NCBI GenBank assembly: GCA_025360005.1
Contig: JANYDA010000057.1
Span: 15,065-79,064 of the forward strand
Direction of reading: 5' to 3'
Length of the DNA stretch: 64,000 nt
DNA from: Fibrobacteria bacterium
Lineage (GTDB): Bacteria; Fibrobacterota; Fibrobacteria; UBA11236
Shown here: piece after piece, positions 28,933 through 38,156 of the stretch
How the letters are laid out: each line of letters begins with the position of its first letter
How positions within the stretch are numbered: position 1 is the first letter of the stretch
The notes under the pieces: model-generated
Database searches by the model: none
Told to the model about the DNA's origin: nothing
The model's input: the letters and a program-made list of their open reading frames with translations, nothing else
Translations under genes and position numbers: made by a program

Positions 28933-30015
28933 ATGGAGAATACGTCTCCCTCTTTTGCCTCTAAAGTCATCACTTGGTTCGATACCCACGCCCAAGCCAA
29001 GGCGGAACTAGGCCATACCGACCAGGAGAAATGGATTTTCCCTTTCCCCTTCGCGCTCATGAGCGTCAGCACCGTGGCCGTATTCTTCGTCGGCTTCAGC
29101 TGGGTGGCCTTTTCAGTGGCCGTCTTCCTCTATGGGGTCCGCATGTTCGGGATTACGGGCGTCTACCATCGGTATTTTTCCCACAAAACTTATAAGACTT
29201 CGCGCTGGTTCCAGTTCGCCCTGGCCTTGCTGGGGAATTCCGCCGCCGAGCGCGGCCCCCTCTGGTGGGCGGCCCATCATCGCCACCACCATCGTTTTTC
29301 CGATACCCGGGAAGACACGCATTCGCCATCGCAAAAAGGGTTTTGGGATGCCCATATGCTATGGTGGAGCCGCCGCAAGAACGTGGCGACCCGCTTGGAT
29401 CTGGTGCCGGACTTGGCCAAATACCCGGAGTTGATGTTCCTGGATCGGTTTGATTCCGTGGTCCCGCTGACCATGGGAGCCTCGCTCGCCGTGCTGGGAA
29501 TGTTCCTGCATCGCTATTTCCCCGCCTTGGGCACCAACGGTCTGCAAATGTTCGTGTGGGGATTCGTGGTCTCCACCGTTGTCCTTTTTCACGGAGTGGC
29601 CACCATCAATTCCCTGTCCCACGTCTACGGCAGCCGCCGCTTTCAGACCACGGACACCAGCCGCAATAATTGGTTCTTGGCCCTTATCACCCTGGGCGAA
29701 GGCTGGCACAATAACCATCACCATTATTGCAACTCCACCCGGCAGGGGTTTTTCTGGTGGGAAATCGACATCACCTTTTACGGGCTCAAGCTTTTGGAGA
29801 AGTTGGGATTGGTTTGGGATCTGAAGCCCGTGCCCCAACGCCTGTTGCGGCCCTTAAGAACACCCGCCAACGAAACCGTGCGACCTCACGAAGTAGTGCC
29901 CGAACCCGCTTTCGCAAAAACCCGTATTGCCGGCTTGGCTGGCTTGCTGCCGGGCCTTACCTCTCCCTTGGCTACCCAGGTACCTGCACGCGGCCCGGAT
30001 CTCCCCAACAGCTGA
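28933..30015 (+). CDS. Acyl-CoA (stearoyl-CoA delta-9-type) fatty acid desaturase
   Basis: Three His boxes HRYFSH, HHRHHH, HNNHHH with 4 TM segments. Confidence 0.9.
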   Translation: MENTSPSFASKVITWFDTHAQAKAELGHTDQEKWIFPFPFALMSVSTVAVFFVGFSWVAFSVAVFLYGVRMFGITGVYHRYFSHKTYKTSRWFQFALALLGNSAAERGPLWWAAHHRHHHRFSDTREDTHSPSQKGFWDAHMLWWSRRKNVATRLDLVPDLAKYPELMFLDRFDSVVPLTMGASLAVLGMFLHRYFPALGTNGLQMFVWGFVVSTVVLFHGVATINSLSHVYGSRRFQTTDTSRNNWFLALITLGEGWHNNHHHYCNSTRQGFFWWEIDITFYGLKLLEKLGLVWDLKPVPQRLLRPLRTPANETVRPHEVVPEPAFAKTRIAGLAGLLPGLTSPLATQVPARGPDLPNS

Positions 30016-30252
30016 TTCTCCTGGGTGGAACCGGTTTCCAAGTTTCGGACCCTTGATAATGTCGCTTCCCAAAGGCGGCGGTAATTATAGGTCGTAAACG
30101 CCAAAACTTGCGCCGACACCATAGCCTCAGATGAGAGGGATGAGTTGCCGCGGAAAATCCAATACTTCCTGGGTTTATTCCAAAATCCGACGGCCGAACC
30201 CGGATATTTTCGTTATTGTAATGGCCACCCCGAGCCGTCTGGAAGAAAAAAA

Positions 30253-31269
30253 ATGAAACCGATGCCTACCTCCAAGTTCTTGCTTCACCCTATGCTGGCC
30301 GCCCTGGTGGCGGGGTTCGCCGTATCAGGTGTGCAGGCCCAAGCCACCAAGCAAGACTCCGGCTGGGTCCCGCTTTTCAACGGAAAGAACTTCGACGGCT
30401 TCTTCGCCTATTTTAACGGCACGGGTAATGTTGATGCGACCAAGCAGGATGCTTTTTACGTGGATAGCGGCATGGTACATGTCCCCAAGAAGAAGGCCTC
30501 CGGTTTCTCGACCGTGGAAGGCCATCTCGTCACCTTCAAGCAATACTCCTGGTACAAAGTGCGACTGGACTATCGGTTCGAGAACGGCCCCATCGACAAC
30601 AACAACGCGGGACTGGTCATCCACATCGATAGTGCGAAAATTTTCGTGGACAAATTCAAAGGCCAGCGTCCCCGTTCGATCGAAATCAACATGAACAGGG
30701 TAAATGCGGCTCCTTGGACCCTTTGGTCAGCGGTAGGACAAGGTCCGTACATTTCCACAACCGTGCAGTCCGGCACCAATAAATTCCTGCCCAAGAAGGA
30801 CGGCGGCGTGGATTGGACCAACGACCCCTGGGGCCAACGCATCATTTACAGCAGCTACCCCAATCCGGAAAGCCCTTTTGGCCAATGGAACCACGGGGAA
30901 GCCTACGTATACGGGGACAGCATGGGGATCTTCTACCTCAACGGAAAATTGCGCACCCAGGGATGGGATTTCCGCGATCGCAAAAATCCGAACGATGCCA
31001 GCGTGGCTAACCGGATCCCCGTCGACCGCGGCGAAATCGGGATCCAATCCGAGCAACAGGAAATCTGGTATAAGAATTACGAGATCATGGAATTGGAACC
31101 GCATACCCTGCGTCCCATCAACGCCAAGACCACGGCATTGCGCAACCGGAGGATAACCACGCCTACCAGCGTGTCGGCGCTCCCGGCCAGCCGCTTCACC
31201 TTGGACGGCAAATGGGTTAATCCCGCCCTTCATGGAGCCGCCAGCCCCGCTTTGCCCCGGCCCCAATAG
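30253..31269 (+). CDS. Secreted DUF1080 (3-keto-disaccharide hydrolase / LamG-like) domain protein
   Basis: Start chosen at 30253. Signal peptide MKPMPTSKFLLHPMLAALVAGFAVSGVQA; WVPLFNGKNFDGF ... GEIGIQSEQQEIWYKNYEIMEL typical DUF1080. Confidence 0.65.
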   Translation: MKPMPTSKFLLHPMLAALVAGFAVSGVQAQATKQDSGWVPLFNGKNFDGFFAYFNGTGNVDATKQDAFYVDSGMVHVPKKKASGFSTVEGHLVTFKQYSWYKVRLDYRFENGPIDNNNAGLVIHIDSAKIFVDKFKGQRPRSIEINMNRVNAAPWTLWSAVGQGPYISTTVQSGTNKFLPKKDGGVDWTNDPWGQRIIYSSYPNPESPFGQWNHGEAYVYGDSMGIFYLNGKLRTQGWDFRDRKNPNDASVANRIPVDRGEIGIQSEQQEIWYKNYEIMELEPHTLRPINAKTTALRNRRITTPTSVSALPASRFTLDGKWVNPALHGAASPALPRPQ

Positions 31270-31602
31270 CCATAGCCGCAACCCGCTCTAGTCCGTCATC
31301 CGCCTCCCGTCAGATCGGAATCGGAGCTCCACCATCCTCAAGTCCGCGCGGGCGCGCCCCGCTTCTGGAACTTATCGGGCCCCGGCCTGTAACGTCGAAG
31401 TGACCTGGTCCAGGAAGGGTTTAACAGGGTGTTGAAAAAGTTCCCGCGAGGGCGGCCACCAATTGGTCAGTCGCCTTAACGCGCCCGGCATCGGTAAGAT
31501 AAGGCTGGCTTCGTGGAAGCGGCCATGGTCGCGGTCCGTAGCCGTCTTCCCAAGCTGATGCCGGGAAGCGTGGGGCCGGCCCGGAAATAAACCGGGACCC
31601 AG

Positions 31603-32997
31603 CTATTCCGCTTTCGCGGGCGGGACGGCCTTTTCCGGCAGGAGCCTTCCGTCCGCGGCATGGGCCTTATCCCCTTCGGGACCGAATCCCAGCACGCCGG
31701 TCTCGCTGTTTTCATAGGCGGCCCGGCCCTTGTTCACGGTAATATGGCCGTTGTGCGGGTCGTGGATGGACACCGTTCCCTTGGTGGTCAGGTAATTGAG
31801 GGGATCCGGCTTGGAGGGATCGAATACCGGTAGATCCTCGTTGAGGAACGGCGTCAGGGAATTGTTCTTTTCCTTGAGATCCTTGGCCATGCACCGGGCC
31901 AGCTCAAAGGCTCCGTATTCGGTGAAATGCGATCCGTCCATATAGGCCAGCTTGTGATTGGCTCCCAGGGCTTTGACGAAGGTGAGGACCATGGCATTGA
32001 GATCGATCAGGGTGACGTTGAGATCCTTGGCGGTGGTGCGCATCACCTCCGCCAGGCCGCCGATGGAGGTCTTGGGATCATTGTCCCCGTCGCGCGCGGT
32101 GGGGGCTACGAAAACGGGAATGGCTTGCTTCGCCAGGATTTGATCTCGAAAGGCTTTTAGGTTGGCCGGGTAGGCCTTGACGTCGGCTGGGTTCTTCTGA
32201 TCATTATGCCCGAACTCGACGAACACATAGTCTCCGGGTTTGGCTTCCGCGAGGATCTTGGTCAGCCTCTTCATGGCCAGGAAGCCGCCCGAGGTGAGTC
32301 CGGACTCGGCGTAATTGGCCACGGAGACACCCGGCTTGAAAAACTTGCAGATATCCTGGCCCCAGCCGCACCAGCCTACCCTGGTCTCATCGAGCTGATC
32401 CACCACGGTGGAATTCCCGCATAGGAACACGGTGATGGCATTGTCCACCTTGGTCAAAGTGAGGCCGCAAATGGCCGGCTTGGCCCCTGCGAACCGGAAG
32501 GTGAGCTTTTCGTCCCAAGTGAAATAGGTGAGTTCCCGGGCCTTCAGGGACATGGTCACGGAGCCGTCGCTGCTTTTGGCCTCCCGCCGGTTGACGGTGA
32601 TGGTCTTGCTCAGGAATTCGCCCTTGGCGGTGGTGGCGCGGTCGAAGAGGAAGCGCCGGTTTTCCGCCTTGATGGTGGTCTCGGAGGTTTCCGAAGCGTC
32701 ACCCAGGATGAAGGTAACGTCGTAGTTACCCTGGGGGACCTTGACGGAAAAGAACATTTCCTTGGTGCCGGTGCAATTGTCGCCGCGGAGGGCGTCCGCG
32801 CCTCCGCGATCCACGCAGGTGATGCCGGAGGTGCTGTCGAACCCGAAGCCGGCGGCGATCGAATACTTGGAGGTCGCCAGGACCTGGGTGTATCCGGTTT
32901 CGGTTTTCCCGGGGCCGAAATCGAATTTGTATTCCTGGGCGGCGCAGAGGGCAAAAGAGACAAGGGGTAGGGCTAGGACTAGGCGAAAACCGGGCAT
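31603..32997 (-). CDS. Rhamnogalacturonan acetylesterase-like SGNH hydrolase (CE12) with N-terminal beta-sandwich domain
   Basis: Start chosen at MPGFRLVLALPLVSFALCA (RBS AAGGA). CE12 blocks FLCGNSTVVDQ, GWCGWGQ, FGHNDQ. Confidence 0.7.
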   Translation of the reverse strand: MPGFRLVLALPLVSFALCAAQEYKFDFGPGKTETGYTQVLATSKYSIAAGFGFDSTSGITCVDRGGADALRGDNCTGTKEMFFSVKVPQGNYDVTFILGDASETSETTIKAENRRFLFDRATTAKGEFLSKTITVNRREAKSSDGSVTMSLKARELTYFTWDEKLTFRFAGAKPAICGLTLTKVDNAITVFLCGNSTVVDQLDETRVGWCGWGQDICKFFKPGVSVANYAESGLTSGGFLAMKRLTKILAEAKPGDYVFVEFGHNDQKNPADVKAYPANLKAFRDQILAKQAIPVFVAPTARDGDNDPKTSIGGLAEVMRTTAKDLNVTLIDLNAMVLTFVKALGANHKLAYMDGSHFTEYGAFELARCMAKDLKEKNNSLTPFLNEDLPVFDPSKPDPLNYLTTKGTVSIHDPHNGHITVNKGRAAYENSETGVLGFGPEGDKAHAADGRLLPEKAVPPAKAE

Positions 32998-33017
32998 GGA
33001 GGATCCTTTGGCTGCGT

Positions 33018-34799
33018 TCATGGTTTTGACAGTTCCCGCGTGAAGTTGCCGCGTACCGTGGCCAGGCTGACCAAGTACACGCCGCTTTCCCGCAGCAGGG
33101 TTTTGCCAAGGGGCAATTCCCTGGGTCCCGTCTGCCGCGAGGTGAAGAGGACGCGGCCACGCAGATCGCGGATGATGACGGTGGATTCGCCCACCGCAAA
33201 AACGGAGATCCTGTCCAGGGTGGCACGGAAAGAGGCCGCGCCGGGCGCCGCCGCATTGCTTCCGATTGCCGTGGCCACCGTGGGCCTGCAGGTGCCCGTG
33301 TATTCGATCCTGCCGATATGCGTTCCCGTGGTGGCCGTATGCCATCCGGCATACATGATGACGTAGATGGCGCCGTCCGGGCCCTGGTCGAAGCTGACGG
33401 GTTCGAACCAATTCAGGTTCTGGAACCATTTCAGGGAGTCGACCACGCGGTCGCCCGCGTCGCTCATCTTGAGGATTTTGGCGCCCTTGAATCCGTTGTT
33501 ACCGCTGCCCTGGACCCAATCCGTCAGAAGCCAGGAGCCGTCGAAGTGGGGCGGCCATTTGATGGTCGACGTGGATGCGGGATCGTAATGATAAATGGGT
33601 CCGGTGATGGCTCCTGCGCCGCTCCCGTGCATGTAGGTATGCATGGCGGGCGTGACCGGCGGCATTTGTTCCGGGCCCCGGTTCCACTTGGACTTGTTGA
33701 TCGGCCCGGCGGCGGATTGCTTCAGACCCGGATGGGCGGCGTCGTATTGGGCCGCTCCCGCTCCCGACCATAATTCATAGTAGCCCGTCCCGTCCCCCGC
33801 GCCGAAGCCACCGGCAAAGTAGGGGTAACCGCCGTACGCGGGATGGGTGACCAGGTTATGCTCTTCGGTATAAGTGTTGGTGGTGTTGACGCCGAACTCG
33901 CCCCATGCCAGCCATCGCTTGGTGGGGTGCACGTTGATAGAGTAGGCGTTGCGCGTGCCCTTCACGTACAGTTCCGGAAGCACCTTTTTCGGATCGGCGT
34001 ATTGATCCGCGAGCGTGGTATTGCCGGCAGCGCGGAATTTCGAGGACCAGTACTCGGCGAAATTCCCGGGCGGAATGGAGTATCCCTGCGCGGAATTGTC
34101 GGGATGGATGCGGAGCACCCCGCCGCGGAAGTCCGCCAGATTGGCCGATGTCCCTTCGGAGCTCAGGCTTTCCGTGGTTTCGTTATAGGAGTTGGGGTAA
34201 TCCTTGGCGTTCTTGCCCACCGTGATCCATAGGTCCCCATAGGAGTCGAAAGTCATCGCTCCGCCGGTGTGGTTCTCGCCCGTACGGTGGAACCGCAGCA
34301 GCACCTTTTCGCTGGCGTTGTCGAGTTTACCGCCGGCGTTCAAGGTGAAACGGGAAACGTGGAATTCCGCGGGCGTACCGTTGGCCATATAGAGGTAGAT
34401 GTTTTTGTTGGTCTTGAAGGCGGGGTCCAAAGCGATGCCGGTCAGGCCCATCTCCCCCCCGGTGGAAATCCCGGGCGCGTTCCCGACCAAGGACACGGTG
34501 TTGGCCACCGCATCATAACGCTTTATGGCGCCGGTTTTTTCGACGTAATAGATGTCGGTCTTGTCGCCGGGGCGCGAATCGAAGGCCAGGTGCAGGGGTT
34601 CCAGCATGCCCGGATCCACGACCATGGGTTTGGTATTGGCGCCCGCATTGGCGGTGGGATCATGGGAGCCCACCACCGGGACATAACGGAACTGGCTCTC
34701 GGCGGCATCGGGGCAATCCGGATAGGTGAAAGCGGCGTGGGCGGCTTGCGCGGCAAGCCCGGTAGCAAGGATGAAAATCGATTTAATAGCGGAACGCAT
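33018..34799 (-). CDS. Secreted PQQ-dependent/soluble sugar dehydrogenase-like beta-propeller protein with T9SS C-terminal sorting domain
   Basis: Start chosen at 34799. Signal peptide MRSAIKSIFILATGLAAQAAHA; GLTGIALDP, NIYLYM propeller motifs; C-terminus TVIIRDLRGRVLFTSRQ...SGVYLVSL matches the Por_Secre_tail pattern. Confidence 0.55.
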   Translation of the reverse strand: MRSAIKSIFILATGLAAQAAHAAFTYPDCPDAAESQFRYVPVVGSHDPTANAGANTKPMVVDPGMLEPLHLAFDSRPGDKTDIYYVEKTGAIKRYDAVANTVSLVGNAPGISTGGEMGLTGIALDPAFKTNKNIYLYMANGTPAEFHVSRFTLNAGGKLDNASEKVLLRFHRTGENHTGGAMTFDSYGDLWITVGKNAKDYPNSYNETTESLSSEGTSANLADFRGGVLRIHPDNSAQGYSIPPGNFAEYWSSKFRAAGNTTLADQYADPKKVLPELYVKGTRNAYSINVHPTKRWLAWGEFGVNTTNTYTEEHNLVTHPAYGGYPYFAGGFGAGDGTGYYELWSGAGAAQYDAAHPGLKQSAAGPINKSKWNRGPEQMPPVTPAMHTYMHGSGAGAITGPIYHYDPASTSTIKWPPHFDGSWLLTDWVQGSGNNGFKGAKILKMSDAGDRVVDSLKWFQNLNWFEPVSFDQGPDGAIYVIMYAGWHTATTGTHIGRIEYTGTCRPTVATAIGSNAAAPGAASFRATLDRISVFAVGESTVIIRDLRGRVLFTSRQTGPRELPLGKTLLRESGVYLVSLATVRGNFTRELSKP

Positions 34800-35007
34800 G
34801 GAGAGGGATCCTTTCACCGGAGGCGCGTCGATCCTCAACCGGAACGACGCAACCTTATGATTCCCCACCCCCATCCTCAAATTGCGTCCGAATAAGAAAA
34901 TTGGCGGGGCGTTTTTTGACGAGTTCACGGCCACTCCCAATTCCGGTCTTTCCTGTATCCGGGGACGGGCGGCGTTTTTTGGGAAAGGTTTTGGGAAGGA
35001 TTAGGGA

Positions 35008-36276
35008 TTATTGCCCCATGTCCTGGACCGACATTCCATAAAACTCAAGATCATCCATCCAGAAATCGGTGGGGTCATCGGCGATAAAGACGATGTTGAT
35101 TATTTCCTTACTCGCCTGGGCCCATGTCAGTCCGTTCTTCAGGGCCGGAGAATCCGCCGCCAAGGACAACTGTGTCACGGGTATGGAAATGCGCGTCCAT
35201 GCAGGGGATAGGCCGAAGGTCCGGCTGAAGTGGTGCCAATCCTTGTAGAAGAAGAGGATGGGCGCGCACTGGAATTCGAAGCGGATGACCCCGTTGCCTT
35301 TGGCGTAGAATACCACGCTGTCCAGATGCGAAAAATCCCGTCCCGTGGCGCCATTGCCGGTAGTGAACCCGATCAACCCGTAGGTGGCTGAGGGATTGCC
35401 GCCCAACCGGTAACTCATCGCGAGGCTGCTGCCTCTCCAGGAGCTGGTATCCGCGCTGTCCGTGTAGGCCGTGGCGAAGTTGGTCCGCATGGAAGACGGG
35501 ACGAAAGTTCCCGGCCCTCCATTGGAGGCCAGGTTGTCGAAGGTGAACCATTTGCCTTTGGGGTAAACCACCGAGAAAGGCGTGGCCACTTCCTTATGCT
35601 CAAAATCCGCGACGCGGATCACGGGAACAGGGCCCACTTCCAGCATGCCAATCGGCGCTTCCGGACGGAAAGCGGTTTCCAGGGAAGCCAAGGTGGGATC
35701 CATTGGAACCACGCGCAGCAGATGCAGCCCTGCCGGGAGAGGCGGCAGGCTGAACCGGCCGAAGGCATCGGTGGTATCCGTCCAGGCTTCCCCATACAGG
35801 AACAAGATCGATTTGGGACTGTGACCGGACGGCGCTACCACGGCCGCCTCCCCGATGGTGCCTACTTCCAGGTTTACGGGAGGCAATTGCAGCAATACCG
35901 ATCGGTTGCCCACCTCTATGCGCGACTGCGTAGAAAGTACCCCGTTCGCATCGTCTTTGCTCACCTGGAGCGAGTAGTAGCCGGGTTCGACCTGGGTAAA
36001 ATAGAACCGGCCTTCTTGATCGGTCAGGGCGGCGCGCGCCGAATCCGGGCCCGACGGCGGGGTCTTGCCCAGGTTCGCGGTCGACAAGAGCAGAATGCGG
36101 GCGCCTTCGGCAGGCACGTCGCCCGGATAGAAAACCTGGCCCGTCACCGTGGATTCGGTCTCCGAAGAGGACCCGCCCCCGGATTCACAGCCATTAAAAA
36201 TGCAGGTCGTAAGCAATATCAATGCGGGCAGGGCCGCGACTGGGAATAGCCTGATCGCGCGGAAAGCCTCAAGCAT
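35008..36276 (-). CDS. Lipoprotein with carboxypeptidase-regulatory-like (CarbopepD_reg) domain, partner of a TIGR02147 HTH protein
   Basis: Signal/lipobox LILLTTCIFNGC; TGQVFYPGDVPAEGARILL Ig-like domain; start ATG overlaps the stop of the upstream HTH gene (ATGCTTGA). Confidence 0.55.
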   Translation of the reverse strand: MLEAFRAIRLFPVAALPALILLTTCIFNGCESGGGSSSETESTVTGQVFYPGDVPAEGARILLLSTANLGKTPPSGPDSARAALTDQEGRFYFTQVEPGYYSLQVSKDDANGVLSTQSRIEVGNRSVLLQLPPVNLEVGTIGEAAVVAPSGHSPKSILFLYGEAWTDTTDAFGRFSLPPLPAGLHLLRVVPMDPTLASLETAFRPEAPIGMLEVGPVPVIRVADFEHKEVATPFSVVYPKGKWFTFDNLASNGGPGTFVPSSMRTNFATAYTDSADTSSWRGSSLAMSYRLGGNPSATYGLIGFTTGNGATGRDFSHLDSVVFYAKGNGVIRFEFQCAPILFFYKDWHHFSRTFGLSPAWTRISIPVTQLSLAADSPALKNGLTWAQASKEIINIVFIADDPTDFWMDDLEFYGMSVQDMGQ

Positions 36277-37102
36277 TGCGCTTCCCTCCCGCCGGCCTGG
36301 TCATGGGGAATAACTGCAGGTTGAGTTGGTATACCGAGTCCTGGCTCCCCTGTTTGCTCACCCAGTCGGAAAGTTCGCGCCGGAAAGTGCGGATGCGGTC
36401 CTCCATCTCCGGGATCTTATCGCGTGGGACGCTGAAGGTAAGCGTGGAATAATTCCGCTTATTGCCCGGAATCCGTTTCAGTCCGGCCATGGCGAGTTCG
36501 ATGCATTGCTGGATGAAGTTGTCGATCTGCACGGATCGCGTTTCCAGGCCGGAGGATATCTGCGTAGAGGTGAGTTCGAATTTTCCGTCCGTGGTCTTCC
36601 GGATCATCCCCAACCTTTCCAACAACGCCACCGATTGCCTGGCCGGCCGCGCGCCGATGGGTGGGCTCAATTGACGGCCCAACTCCTTGTAGTCGCCGGC
36701 AAAAGGGAAGTAATGCAGCAGCTCGCGGATGGCCGTATGCTGCCACTTGGAGTAGAACTCGTATTGGCTGCGGGCTACGGGCGCAATCTTGCCGCCGTCG
36801 CTGGCCAAAAGCTTCTTGAAGAAAACCTGCTTCTTGTCGAAGGTGAGCGCCTGATTGAAGAGCACCAGGTTCGCGAAGAAGGCGGCTTCCCTTCCCTTCA
36901 ATCCGAATGCGATGCAAAAGCCGGGAATCAGTTTGCGCGATATGTTCCTCTGGCCGAACAACACCTTGGAGAAGAGGCCGGGATCGAAGCCGCCTAGGTT
37001 GCCGATGTCCCGGTGCGTGAGCTTGGCGTTCCCGGATTGGCGTTCCAGATAACTGTCGCGCAGGTATTTCCTGTAGTCCAGGTAATCGTAGACATCGACC
37101 AT
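36269..37102 (-). CDS. TIGR02147-family (Fibrobacter succinogenes paralogous family) HTH protein
   Basis: Start chosen at MVDVYDYLDYRKYLRD...GNAKLTHRDIGNLGGFDPGLFSKVLFGQRNIS...AFFANLVLFNQA; the N-terminal extension in the ORF track was discarded. Confidence 0.7.
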   Translation of the reverse strand: MVDVYDYLDYRKYLRDSYLERQSGNAKLTHRDIGNLGGFDPGLFSKVLFGQRNISRKLIPGFCIAFGLKGREAAFFANLVLFNQALTFDKKQVFFKKLLASDGGKIAPVARSQYEFYSKWQHTAIRELLHYFPFAGDYKELGRQLSPPIGARPARQSVALLERLGMIRKTTDGKFELTSTQISSGLETRSVQIDNFIQQCIELAMAGLKRIPGNKRNYSTLTFSVPRDKIPEMEDRIRTFRRELSDWVSKQGSQDSVYQLNLQLFPMTRPAGGKRNA

Positions 37103-37483
37103 TAAAAAGCGCGCTGTTCTGCCGGAGGCTTTGCCATGTGATTTGTCTACCGAAGGATCCCCATTCGATTCCGTCTTCGCCCTCGATCCGGGTTCCCCCC
37201 GGATACCATTCCCCGCCAGGCGCAAAGACTTCGGTTCAGGTAATATACACCCCGAAGCCTATGCCATGGGGGGCTATCGCGAAAGGGGCATCAACCGTAC
37301 GGGGTTCCCCAAACCACCGTCGGAAGAAGTCGAAAATCTAAAAACAACACTTTCAGAAGTCTACGAAAAACAGGTTTCTAAGGGTTGCGGGAAGGAGTGG
37401 AACGGGTGGACGCGAGTGGCCGTTGATCGCCGACGACGGCCGCGACCGTGACCGGATGAGAGCCCATCCGGGCGAGGATAGCC

Positions 37484-37909
37484 TTAAAGCGAAAAGCTGA
37501 GCGCCATGTCCGATGCCAGGTTCGGCGCCAGGCTGGCGGCGGAGTTCGGTGGGACCGTGGGCGTGGAGCCGGATGTAAAGGGTGTTCCGAAAGCTTCTGG
37601 CATGAGGATGGCCAATTCCATTTCTTTCTTCTTTCTTTCCTCTTCCGACTTCGCCTGGCATTGCACTACCATGTTCGCGAAGAATTGCGCTTCCTGGCCC
37701 CCCAATTCAAAGGCCCGGCAAAAGCCGGGTATTAGCTTGGGGGAGATATTCCGCTCTCCCTGGATCACTTTGGAGAACAGGCCGGGATCGAACCCGCCCT
37801 TCTGCCCGATCCTGCGGTGCGTGAATCCGGATGGTTTGGTCCGCTTCATATCCAGATAAGCGTCGCGAAGGAATTTTCTATAGTCGGAATATTCAAATAC
37901 ATTGGTCAT
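37484..37909 (-). CDS. Truncated TIGR02147-family paralog (N-terminal HTH half only; possible gene remnant)
   Basis: MTNVFEYSDYRKFLRDAYL...GGFDPGLFSKVIQGERNISPKLIPGFC...FFANMVVQCQ aligns (~60% identity) to the N-terminal half of the 36269–37102 protein, then ends in a low-complexity tail. Confidence 0.45.
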   Translation of the reverse strand: MTNVFEYSDYRKFLRDAYLDMKRTKPSGFTHRRIGQKGGFDPGLFSKVIQGERNISPKLIPGFCRAFELGGQEAQFFANMVVQCQAKSEEERKKKEMELAILMPEAFGTPFTSGSTPTVPPNSAASLAPNLASDMALSFSL

Positions 37910-38156
37910 GGCGTTTGCCTCTCAAGCTGCTGATGAAAGAAAATTATGCGCATGAGGGGATTTCCGCAGGGAATATTTACAGAAATGACATTTATAAAGT
38001 CTACAGTCGGCCTTAGAGGCACCAATAAAAATGGGTAAAATAAATAAATTTGGGTGAACCTTTCGGCAAATAAAGATACAACTAAGTCTACAAATAGCTT
38101 CGCCGGAGAGAATTTTCCCCAACGCGGTTCACTTCTTTCCGGATAGATTCCCGGAA

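Noticed and set aside
34880-34990. Two plus-strand GC-then-T6 elements (GGCGGGGCGTTTTTT, GGGCGGCGTTTTTTGGG) between minus-strand genes
   Set aside because: No plus-strand gene ends here and the GC tracts are not self-complementary; probably not terminators.
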